A stretch of DNA of 64,000 nt from Naegleria gruberi (taxonomy: Eukaryota): assembly GCA_000004985.1 (NCBI GenBank), contig GG738848.1. One strand, given 5' to 3'. Shown here in pieces: positions 32,834-41,832 of this stretch. The position numbers and the translations under genes are program-made. Numbering within the stretch: position 1 is the first letter of the stretch; the number at the start of each line of letters is the position of its first letter. Below the pieces are notes generated by a model, which was not told where the DNA came from, ran no database searches, and was given only the letters and a program-made list of their open reading frames with translations.

Positions 32834-34090
32834 TTACGTATCAAGCCAAGAAACGTGGCCAGCAATTACAAATTTGCCTGGAAGTCCTTTACCAGGGGAT
32901 GGAGAAAGAATTGTCATTGTCTTATTTTCATGGTCAATCTTTGTTACATGGATTACTCCATAAATATTTCTTGTTAAAACATCTTCCAATTTATCTGCAA
33001 GAGAAACAGCCAAGATACTGAACTTGGTGATTTCACTATGGTCAACTTGTTTAACTTCAACTGGATTATAACTGGATTTAGCACCAATTGGTAAAGCACT
33101 CAATGGAGCCTGCCATTCACCACCAATTCTGCAAAGGGTGAAATCCTCAAATCTTACAACTATGGAGTGAGGACTCAAAGATTTATGCATTCCATAGAAA
33201 TACTGCTTAGTTTTAAGTTGATTTGCAGTGGTTCTTTGCTCTTTTGATCTATTAATTACACCAGGATTTTTCTTCAAACGAGTGACAACAGCTTTTGTAT
33301 CTTTCAAATCTTTCTTTAAATTATTTGTAAGTCTGTCATCATCCATAACAATTACGTGGTTAATTTGCATAGTTTTTACAATATATAATAACAATTGAAT
33401 GCCAGAGCTGTCAACCCAACTTCCTGTATTAACAATAAATCCTCCTTCCTCATAGAATTGATCAACAGAACATTTCCTATCAATCATCTTTTTAGTTTGT
33501 TCCACAATCTTTTTGAAATGATCAACATTTTTATCAGGAGTTGTTTCACCATAGAAATAAGTTAAAGGAGAACATAATGAGAATTCATCCTCAATATCAA
33601 TTGGTTCATATGCATTCTTAGCAACCATACTGATGGTTCCAGGGAATGTAATATCATTCTGACCACAATCTAAATCAACAAATATCACTTTTTTACCAAC
33701 TCTAACAGCATAATTAACTAAAATTTTAGCAACTGATGATTTTCCTGTATCAGCAGGACCAACAACAAGAACTCTTGGAGGATTATTAACAGGTCCTCTC
33801 TCCATATTAATTTTATCATGAAATTCCAAATATTCCTTCATTGGTGTTTCTGATCCGACATAGTTAGAAATATTATCCTTTCCTTTAGAACTCTCCATTT
33901 CGATTGTTGCTCCATGATATGTAAATATTGCTCCATTTCTTCCACCAATAAAATTATAATCTCTATTCAAAGCCAATTCGGAACCAAAAAATTCAGCTTT
34001 TCCTTCCACTAATTTTATTTTAATACTTTCATCAAAGCCTACTTCAAATCTCAACTCTTCTCCTGCCTTTAATTCCACTCGGTGTTCCAT
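32834..34090 (-). CDS. CLP1: mRNA cleavage/polyadenylation factor Clp1 (P-loop polynucleotide kinase family)
   Basis: It is 418 aa. The N-terminus is Clp1-like (LKAGEELRFEV). The P-loop is VLVVGPADTGKSSVAKILVNYAVRVGKKVIFVDLDCGQN. The C-terminal Clp1 domain is colinear. Confidence 0.9.
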   Translation of the reverse strand: MEHRVELKAGEELRFEVGFDESIKIKLVEGKAEFFGSELALNRDYNFIGGRNGAIFTYHGATIEMESSKGKDNISNYVGSETPMKEYLEFHDKINMERGPVNNPPRVLVVGPADTGKSSVAKILVNYAVRVGKKVIFVDLDCGQNDITFPGTISMVAKNAYEPIDIEDEFSLCSPLTYFYGETTPDKNVDHFKKIVEQTKKMIDRKCSVDQFYEEGGFIVNTGSWVDSSGIQLLLYIVKTMQINHVIVMDDDRLTNNLKKDLKDTKAVVTRLKKNPGVINRSKEQRTTANQLKTKQYFYGMHKSLSPHSIVVRFEDFTLCRIGGEWQAPLSALPIGAKSSYNPVEVKQVDHSEITKFSILAVSLADKLEDVLTRNIYGVIHVTKIDHENKTMTILSPSPGKGLPGKFVIAGHVSWLDT

Positions 34091-34278
34091 TTTTTTTGTA
34101 TTTGATTAAAATAATATTAATTCAATTTTATTGAACATGATGCAAATAATATCATTACAAAATAATTGAATGTATCAAAATTTATATCAATTTATCAATT
34201 ATATTGATTGTTTGATAACATGTAGTATTATTTCTAATGATTTCTTCATCAATTTAAATCAAAATCATCATTAAAAAA

Positions 34279-37200
34279 ATGAGTAAACAACTTTTTCGGA
34301 TTTGTAGCAACAATTCTTCATCAGCAGTTGCAACGAGGAATGGTAGTGTGCAGAAGAAAGGCTTGTTGATGACGGTTCGGGATCATGATGTCGGTAATAG
34401 TCAGAGAGGAAACTATCATACCTCTTTTAAAAATCAAGCAAAAATTGGATTATTTGGAGATATTCACTTTCAAGATGTTGGTTTGGAGAGAGTGGTTGAG
34501 ACTGGAGAGTGGATTACAAAAGAGTTTGAAAATCAAAAGGTGGATTATATTGTGTGTATGGGTGATGTGTTAAATACTCGAGAGACTGTTAGTATTAAAG
34601 CACAGAGTTCAGCTCTCCAATTTTTTGATAAATTGTCTCAAAAGATACCGAAAGAAATTCACATTATTTGTGGTAATCATGACTTGAATTTAAAGTATGA
34701 TACAAAAGTGAGCTCCTTGGATGCACTTGGTATGTCAAGTGTATCATCTAATAGAATTTATCTTCATAAGCATATTACAGAAACAGAGTTTGATGGAAAG
34801 AAAGTAGTATTAATTCCATATTATGAGGATACTTCAATAATCAGGGATTGGGTTGTTAAAAAAATCACAAAAGAACCACTTGATAATTCGATTGGGTTCT
34901 GCCATATGGCGATTAATGGAGCAATTCAACGATATCAAAAAGATAGTAAGGAAAATGTTTATTCTAGGAGTTATGATGACCATTCTGGAAAGAATATTTT
35001 GGTTGAAAAGAAAAAAGGAGACAAGAAAAAGGATACAGGAAGCGATATGGATTTGCCTGAGGAAGGATCCAAAGTACCAAAATTTTTAACTCAATTTCAA
35101 AGAGTGTTTTCAGGTCACTTTCACCATCATCACTTTTGTGATAAGAAGGTAGCATACGTTGGTGCACCTATGCAACATCACTTTGGAGATTCAGGTGATG
35201 CATCTAGAGGAGTAGTAATTTATGACACTGAAACTGATGAAATACAATTCGTTCAAAATCCTGAGTGGGATAAATTCAGAATACTACGATTGAGTAAGGA
35301 GGAAGACCTTGGAGAAATCACAGAATATAAGGGAAAGCACGTATCTGTTATTTATGAAAGTTTCGATTTAGTTCCCCAAGTTATACAAGAAAAGTTATTG
35401 AAGGCTGGAGCAAGTTCTGTGAAAAAACACTCTGTGGTAGTGAGAAAGGTTCAATCAGCATTATCTAGTGATGATCGTCAAAAGGATGACGAGAAGGCGT
35501 TCACTGGTCAAATGTTTGAGGATTTCGTTGTAAAATATGTAAAACAGTATGCTAATCTATCATCTATGGGATATGATTCTCAATTCAGTGATAATATAAT
35601 CAAAATTGGAAAGGAAATTATTTCAGAATCAACAAAGGAAGATAACAATAATCTAAATGTTGGTGATACGTTCAAAGCTAATATCAAGAGTATCACAATC
35701 CAAAATTTCTTGGGTGTTCAAGGATGTATTACCTTTGAAATCAAGAATATGCAAAATGGAATTTGGTTTTTGGAGGGATCAAATGGTGCTGGTAAAAGTA
35801 CAATTTTAGAGGCACTAACATGGTGTCTTTTTGATAAGTTTTTAAGATCTGATATGAAGGCAGATTTTGTTGTCAATGACCAAGTCAAAAAGGATTGTTT
35901 GGTCAGAGTAGATTTTGAATCAGGTTATTCTATTGAAAGATTCAGAAAGTATACAAAGACTGGAGAAAAGGAATTACCAGATGAATTAATTAGCAAATCT
36001 GCTCCAGAAAGAAAAGGAACAGGTGTTAGAGTTTTTAATCAAGGAACATATCTCAGCGATTTTGAAAAGGGTTCAACAAGAGATTCCCAGACTTCTATTG
36101 AGTCTCTTACCGGAATTAATTTTGATATGTTCACCAAAGCTATTGTTGTGGGAGACAATGCTGTAAATTTCTTAACCTCTGATGCAAAACAAAGAAGAGA
36201 TTTAATTGAAGATTTATTGGGGTTGTATCTTTTTGATAGCTATTTATCTAAGGCAAGGGAAAGAAAAAAGAGTCTTATTGAAAAAGTATATTCCATGAAA
36301 TCAGAACAGGAAAAAACAGAGTCTACCATTGTTTCCTTGGAAGAATCTCTGAAAAAGTGGAAAGAGCAATTATCACAAATTGATTCTGCTATTTCTGAAA
36401 AAGAAAACGATTATGCCGAATCAGTAGAATTGTGTAATGAATTAGTGGCTAAAAAGAAATCAGCAGAGAATAATTGGAAACAATTCCAGAAACTCAATAT
36501 TGCCAGGCAAAATTACAACAATCTCTTGAAGAAAAATGATCAATTAGAAGTCAGAATTAATACCCTCGAAAAGAATCTAGAAAAATTAGCAGAGGAAAAG
36601 GGGTCATTCTTTACTGACGATATCACAGATGTTAAACAATTGGAGAGATATTTTGAGGAGAATATTAATGAAATCAGATCTAATTTGAAGAGATTTTCAC
36701 AAACTTTGATGGAGAGCAATGTAGAATTAAATGTTTCTAAAGAGAAATTAGAAAAGTTGATGGACCTTTCTGAAAACAATGAATGCCCATATTGTGAGCA
36801 ACCTATCAAGGAACACACTCACGAGAAAATTCTTGAAGAAAAAAGAACCATTGAAGCTAGGGTTGAAGAGTTGACACAAAATATTGAGCATATTAATTTT
36901 ACTATTGCAGATTTGCAAGAGGAAATGGATGATTTGGAACGCTCTAAAAAATCCACAATGCAATCTCTTACCAAACTTGAAAATACAATTATCCTAAACC
37001 AGAAGGAGAAGGCAAATCTTGAAAATGATCTGGTCAATATTAGATCATCTATTGATTCTTCAGAAAAGGAATTGCAAAGTTTATCTAATGAATCTGAGGA
37101 CGTTGAGGCTACTCTTAATAGCTTGGTATCCCAAGAAAGAAAGGCAATGCAAAAAAAGTACGAATTGGATGCCAACATTAAATTCTCAAAGAAGAGAAAA

Positions 37201-37803
37201 TTAGAACTTGAACGAGACATAAAATCTAGTGAAGATTCTTTGGAAAATCTCAAGATAGATTATGAAACTATTTCTACAAGCTACAAGGATTATGAGCAAG
37301 ATTTTTCTGCTCTTGAATTTTGGGAAAAGGCTTTTGATAAAAAGTCAAAGAAATCAACCAAAGATGATTTTGAAACAATGAGATCATTCTTATTGAACAA
37401 ATCTATTGAAGATCTCAATAATATTTTGGATGAATATTCTAAACTTGTTGGAAGTGATATGTTAAAGATTACATTTGACTCTGATTTAATGATCAAAGAG
37501 GATTATGGTAAACGTTCTTCTGGACAACGTAAAAGAAATCACTTGATGATTCATTTTGCATTGTTCGAATTGGTTAGGCAGAGATCTAGATTCAGAAGCA
37601 ATTTCCTAATGTTGGATGAAGTATTTGATGCCTTGGATGTAAATGGGCAAGCACAAGTACAGCAAGTCATTGAGATGATTTCCACCAAGATTGATAAAGT
37701 ATTTGTAATTTCTCACTCAACCTCAAACATGGAACTGAGAAAAAAGGCAATTGTTGCCACCATGTCAGATGAGGGATCAAAGTACAAACTAACCTATAGA
37801 TAA
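34279..37803 (+). CDS. Single-chain fusion of an SbcD/Mre11-type calcineurin-like phosphoesterase (N-terminal about 330 aa) and a complete SbcC/Rad50-type SMC-like ATPase with a CxxC zinc hook. Intronless, 1174 aa.
   Basis: Phosphoesterase motifs are in order: GDIHF (motif I), CMGDVLN (II), ICGNHD (III), and VFSGHFHHHH (V, GHxH). Next comes an ABC/Rad50 head: Walker A (LEGSNGAGKSTILEAL), about 450 aa of coiled coil with a central CPYCEQPI hook, a signature-like KRSSGQRKR motif, Walker B (FLMLDEVFDALD) and an H-loop (VFVISHS). The N-terminal 40 aa are basic and S-rich (MSKQLFRICSNNSSSAVATRNGSVQKKGLLMTVR), which is presequence-like. Confidence 0.75.
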   Translation: MSKQLFRICSNNSSSAVATRNGSVQKKGLLMTVRDHDVGNSQRGNYHTSFKNQAKIGLFGDIHFQDVGLERVVETGEWITKEFENQKVDYIVCMGDVLNTRETVSIKAQSSALQFFDKLSQKIPKEIHIICGNHDLNLKYDTKVSSLDALGMSSVSSNRIYLHKHITETEFDGKKVVLIPYYEDTSIIRDWVVKKITKEPLDNSIGFCHMAINGAIQRYQKDSKENVYSRSYDDHSGKNILVEKKKGDKKKDTGSDMDLPEEGSKVPKFLTQFQRVFSGHFHHHHFCDKKVAYVGAPMQHHFGDSGDASRGVVIYDTETDEIQFVQNPEWDKFRILRLSKEEDLGEITEYKGKHVSVIYESFDLVPQVIQEKLLKAGASSVKKHSVVVRKVQSALSSDDRQKDDEKAFTGQMFEDFVVKYVKQYANLSSMGYDSQFSDNIIKIGKEIISESTKEDNNNLNVGDTFKANIKSITIQNFLGVQGCITFEIKNMQNGIWFLEGSNGAGKSTILEALTWCLFDKFLRSDMKADFVVNDQVKKDCLVRVDFESGYSIERFRKYTKTGEKELPDELISKSAPERKGTGVRVFNQGTYLSDFEKGSTRDSQTSIESLTGINFDMFTKAIVVGDNAVNFLTSDAKQRRDLIEDLLGLYLFDSYLSKARERKKSLIEKVYSMKSEQEKTESTIVSLEESLKKWKEQLSQIDSAISEKENDYAESVELCNELVAKKKSAENNWKQFQKLNIARQNYNNLLKKNDQLEVRINTLEKNLEKLAEEKGSFFTDDITDVKQLERYFEENINEIRSNLKRFSQTLMESNVELNVSKEKLEKLMDLSENNECPYCEQPIKEHTHEKILEEKRTIEARVEELTQNIEHINFTIADLQEEMDDLERSKKSTMQSLTKLENTIILNQKEKANLENDLVNIRSSIDSSEKELQSLSNESEDVEATLNSLVSQERKAMQKKYELDANIKFSKKRKLELERDIKSSEDSLENLKIDYETISTSYKDYEQDFSALEFWEKAFDKKSKKSTKDDFETMRSFLLNKSIEDLNNILDEYSKLVGSDMLKITFDSDLMIKEDYGKRSSGQRKRNHLMIHFALFELVRQRSRFRSNFLMLDEVFDALDVNGQAQVQQVIEMISTKIDKVFVISHSTSNMELRKKAIVATMSDEGSKYKLTYR

Positions 37804-38199
37804 ACTCTTTTAAATAAAACATGTTAGTTTCGCTCTACTCTAATAAACAATAAGAGACCAACCATTTAACTTCTTGCACCAGCCATCATAAACAGTTGTT
37901 AATAATACAGCTCAATAATAAGCTCTGGCCACTAATAGCCCTAAGGCCTAAGGTTCTTCCTTGTAATGTTACAGTTATTACGGCTCGTATTATCATTTTA
38001 ATGGACCTCATGTTTATTGAATGTTCTTCATAAAAACAAGATAAATTGGAACAGAGTTTTTGTTAAATTCAATGTACATTATATATAATTCTCAATTCTT
38101 CTAATTGCATCTTCCAATTATTACTTATTAATTAATAATTCTATTATTATTATCTTTAGAGAACTCCTATTTGGTCTTGAAATTTTTCATTATCAAAAA

Positions 38200-39324
38200 A
38201 TGATGCACAGAGATTTTGATTATGCAAATAAGGGTGAGTTTAAAGATTGTTATTTTGCTTAGTGTTATCATTATCTTTTATGATTGAAATAGTGATTATT
38301 ATAGGAGATAGTGCAACAGGTAAGTGATGATAAGAAGAGTTTGTTATTAAGTATTCAATTAAAAATTGATGATATTACAATTATTTATGATTTAATTAGG
38401 AAAATCATCATTGATGAATGTAAGGAGTCTTGTTGAATAATAAGGATTAATTTCATCACATAGAGGTTTTGTTATGATAAATTTAATCCTAATTTTGTAT
38501 ATACCATCGGAATGGAAATGGGCCATAAAACAATCAGTTTGAATGATAAGAAAGTTAAGGTGACTGTCTTTGATACGTATGTAGATTGAAATATAAATTC
38601 AGTTTATAGCAAGGAATTTAAAGTGCTGGACAAGAACGATTTAGGAGTATAGTAAGTAAAATTGAAAAACAAGGCCAATACTGATAATGGATGAACGCAA
38701 TGATAGACACAAAGTTACTATAGAGGAGCTGATTCAGCCATTGTAGTTTATGATGTAACCTCAATAGATACATTCAATCATGTGAGAGGATGGCTGAAGG
38801 ATTTGTACAATTACACAGATGGTAATATTAAGAAAGTTTTATTGGGAAATAAGTGTGATCAAAAGGATGCTAGAAGAGTTTCCTATGAAGAAGGTAAAAA
38901 GTTAGCCGATGAATATGGAATTACATTCTACGAGACTGTATGTTATCATCATTAACTTTGTGAATTGTTTTTAATCATGAATTAGAGTGCATTTGATGGA
39001 ACGAATGTGGAGAGTGCATTCTTATCTGTTGTGAGTAAGTTTCAATTAACAATGTTAAATAGTTTATAGATAATTGAAACATTTCATTGAAATTTTAATT
39101 GAAATTCATGACAATTACAATTTTTCAAATTGAATGGAATGTGAAATATAAACTGTATTCAAACAGAGGAAAAGGAAATTAAGCAACCACTGTACAATGC
39201 ACATATCAAAGAGGAAATATTATTATCAGAACATGGACTAGGTGATGACAATAGTAGTGAAGAAGAAAAAGTTAAAACAAAATCGAAAAAGACATCATCA
39301 TCATCCTCTTCATGTAATTGTTAA
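38200..39324 (+). CDS. Rab-family small GTPase with seven exons, six short introns and a C-terminal CXC prenylation motif
   Basis: The hand-spliced exons give MMHRDFDYANK|VIIIGDSATG|KSSLMN|RFCYDKFNPNFVYTIGMEMGHKTISLNDKKVKVTVFDT|AGQERFRSI|TQSYYRGADSAIVVYDVTS..GNKCDQKD...|SAFDGTNVESAFLSVV|..SSSSSCNC*. The G1 (GDSATGKS), G3 (DTAGQE) and G4 (NKCD) boxes are intact. Introns are GTGAGT/GTAAGT/GTATGT...AG and 41-80 nt long. No ORF longer than 60 aa exists here, so this gene is invisible in the ORF track. Confidence 0.8.
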
Positions 39325-39400
39325 TTCAATAATACCACTGATAATGAAACTATTGTAAAGTATTCCATAAAAACCAAATGATTATAATCTAACGTGTGAA

Positions 39401-40943
39401 GTGCTGCAGATGTTTGCTGTCAATTCAATTTCAAATTTAAAAAAAATGTTTCAAAGTCTTTCACAATCAAAGGTTGGACTTTTTGCCAACATTTTAAAAA
39501 AAACAGTTGTTTCGGGAGATGATACCTTTAAATACTCTGAATTATCAAACACACAAAATGTGCTAAACAAAAATCCATTCCTTTCCGATATTTTCTCAGT
39601 TCCTGGTTTGACACGATTAAATCAAATTGTGACAGGTATCATTGGTGTATTTTTAGGAGTTTGTTTAACATTTCTAATGGGAACAATTCTAATTCAACTT
39701 TTATTCTACAAATTATTTGCTGTTGTAAGTAATTATCATTGGTGATCATGATTTCTAATAATTTCTAATAGCTTTTCGGATTGTTGATGATTTTGGTTTC
39801 TACTATTTTTATTCTAAACGTTGCAGTGACACCAGTAAGTAAAATAACCAAATATCCACCAATAATTAACTAACTGTCATGATCTTTTAGTATGATGAAG
39901 CATCTGCAACTAGAAAATTAGTTGCATTTATCATTTTTGGTTTATGCATATTTTGTGGATTGTTGTGTGTTTTCTTGTATGGAACTGATTGGACAGAAAA
40001 TGCCAAATCAATTATTGTCATTCGTCAAGAAAATTATACAACTCAAACTAAATCTAAATTAGGAAAAACTGGAGCTCAGTGGAAAGTTTTGTGGACTTTT
40101 TTAATTGGAATTTCAATTTTCTTTTTAATTATTTATTCATGTGCTGAAATAATTACTACGGGAATATTCCAATGTAAATGTTTTTCCTTTTTATGGTATA
40201 GAAGACCAACGTGTAATTATGTTTACTTTATGGCATGTGCATTGTTTTCCAGTGTTATCATTTCAAGTGCATTCACATTATTTATTAGTATTCAAAAAGA
40301 TTCAAATGTTTCAATTGATTCTTTAATTGGAGATTCAAATCCTAACTTTATTAGTTTGAGTAATATGCTTTATGGAATGTTAATGTTGAAACAATTGTAT
40401 TTGGTTGTTCCATTCGGTGTTGTCTTTGGTCCAATTCTTGCACTCGTTTTCCAATTCAATTATTTGAAAGATTGGGTTGACTATCAAAATTTGAGAAATG
40501 AAAGTACTCATAATGGAAAAAGCGTTTTAATCAAGACAACTAGTTTGGATTTGAGTGACGATGATGAAGATAGTCCAATTGACATTACTAAAATTACTCC
40601 TGAAAATGGTGATGCATTCTTCAATCAGTCAATTGAACATCAATCCTCTTCTCCAACACATAAGCAAATTTCATTCAAGAGTAGACACCAAAACAATACC
40701 ACTATCATTGCAGGAAATGTGAATACCAATAGCCCAACATCAAATATTAACTCATCACCAGTTATTGGAGGATTCACAGTTTCAGGAAGTAGTAATCCAT
40801 TAGCTGCCACCACAACTCCAAACACTCCTGTTCAAGTTAATGTTGTGGTTGAGCAAGAGTCAACTAATCCACTTCAAACAAATGATTCATCTGTGCTTAT
40901 TACAGAAAAGGATGATATTGTTTTTGATAATGAGGATTTGTAA
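39401..40943 (+). CDS. Four-TM membrane protein (PMP22/claudin-like topology) with an acidic S/T-rich C-terminal tail. Three exons (39401..39724, 39772..39834, 39891..40943).
   Basis: ORF 39401..39745 ends at a GTAAGT donor. A 63-nt micro-exon (LFGLLMILVSTIFILNVAVTP) follows. A second GTAAGT..TTTTAG intron joins in frame to ORF 39960..40943. There are four hydrophobic helices. The family assignment is tentative. Confidence 0.5.
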
Positions 40944-40998
40944 TTTCATTTTTATTTAATATATATTTACATTATTTACATGATATTTGTAGTAATTC

Positions 40999-41307
40999 TC
41001 AATGTTTTTGATAATTGTAAAATGGATTTTCATTTACTTCATCTCTTTTATCAAATTTAGGAACTTTATCATAGACAACTGGTGCATAATTAAGAACTTC
41101 CATCAAGGAGTTTTCGCCTGGAAGAATTGATTGTTGACGATAACGAATTAATTCATCTCTTGATTCATCAGTGGAGAATACATTGGTTTTAGGCATGGTA
41201 CCAACAAGTTTGTAAACTCCAATTGAAAAGATTGAAGAGGCAAGGAAAATTCCAACTTGTTTGTAAAGCTTTGGATGGAAAAAGTTGTAATGGTGGTGTT
41301 GATTCAT
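40999..41307 (-). CDS. Small single-TM protein, possibly of the NDUFA4/COX-associated family
   Basis: It is 102 aa. FHPKLYKQVGIFLASSIFSIGVYKLVG resembles the HPsLIPlfvfig.g..ga.Y helix of NDUFA4-type proteins. This is weak evidence. Confidence 0.25.
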   Translation of the reverse strand: MNQHHHYNFFHPKLYKQVGIFLASSIFSIGVYKLVGTMPKTNVFSTDESRDELIRYRQQSILPGENSLMEVLNYAPVVYDKVPKFDKRDEVNENPFYNYQKH

Positions 41308-41451
41308 TTTTTTAATTATTGAAAAATGTAAATTGTCTAATTATGGTAACTGGTACACCACTGAAGCAACAGCTCTGATATTTTGTACTGTTGATTGATT
41401 GCATTGTGATACAAATTCATTGTAAAATGTTAAATAAAAATTACAAAAAAA

Positions 41452-41832
41452 ATGAGTGAACAACCTTCTCAAATTTCTTTGGGAAATATTTATGATTTGT
41501 CAGCTGAAGATTTAAATAAGAGTAGAGGTGAAAATATTGAACTTTTCCAAAGTCTTTACAAAACAAATTCCACACACATTGAAAGAATAATTTCAACAGG
41601 CCAATTCACACCATCCGATGAGTGGTATGATCAGGAAAGAGATGAATATGTTGTCTTGTTGAAAGGAGAAGCAACTTTGCTGATTGAAAATAAGGTAGAA
41701 AATGGTGTCGAATTGAAAGAAGTCAAATTGAAAAATGGTGATTATATTAATATTCCAAAACATGTTAGACATCAAGTGAAAGAAACCTCTAAGGATGATC
41801 CTTGTATTTGGTTGGCAGTTCACTATAATTAA
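41452..41832 (+). CDS. Small cupin-fold protein (126 aa)
   Basis: It has a compact beta-barrel-like sequence with a typical cupin core (DEYVVLLKGEATLLIENKVENGVELKEVKLKNGDYINIPKHVRHQV). It resembles bacterial or fungal single-domain cupins. Confidence 0.5.
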   Translation: MSEQPSQISLGNIYDLSAEDLNKSRGENIELFQSLYKTNSTHIERIISTGQFTPSDEWYDQERDEYVVLLKGEATLLIENKVENGVELKEVKLKNGDYINIPKHVRHQVKETSKDDPCIWLAVHYN

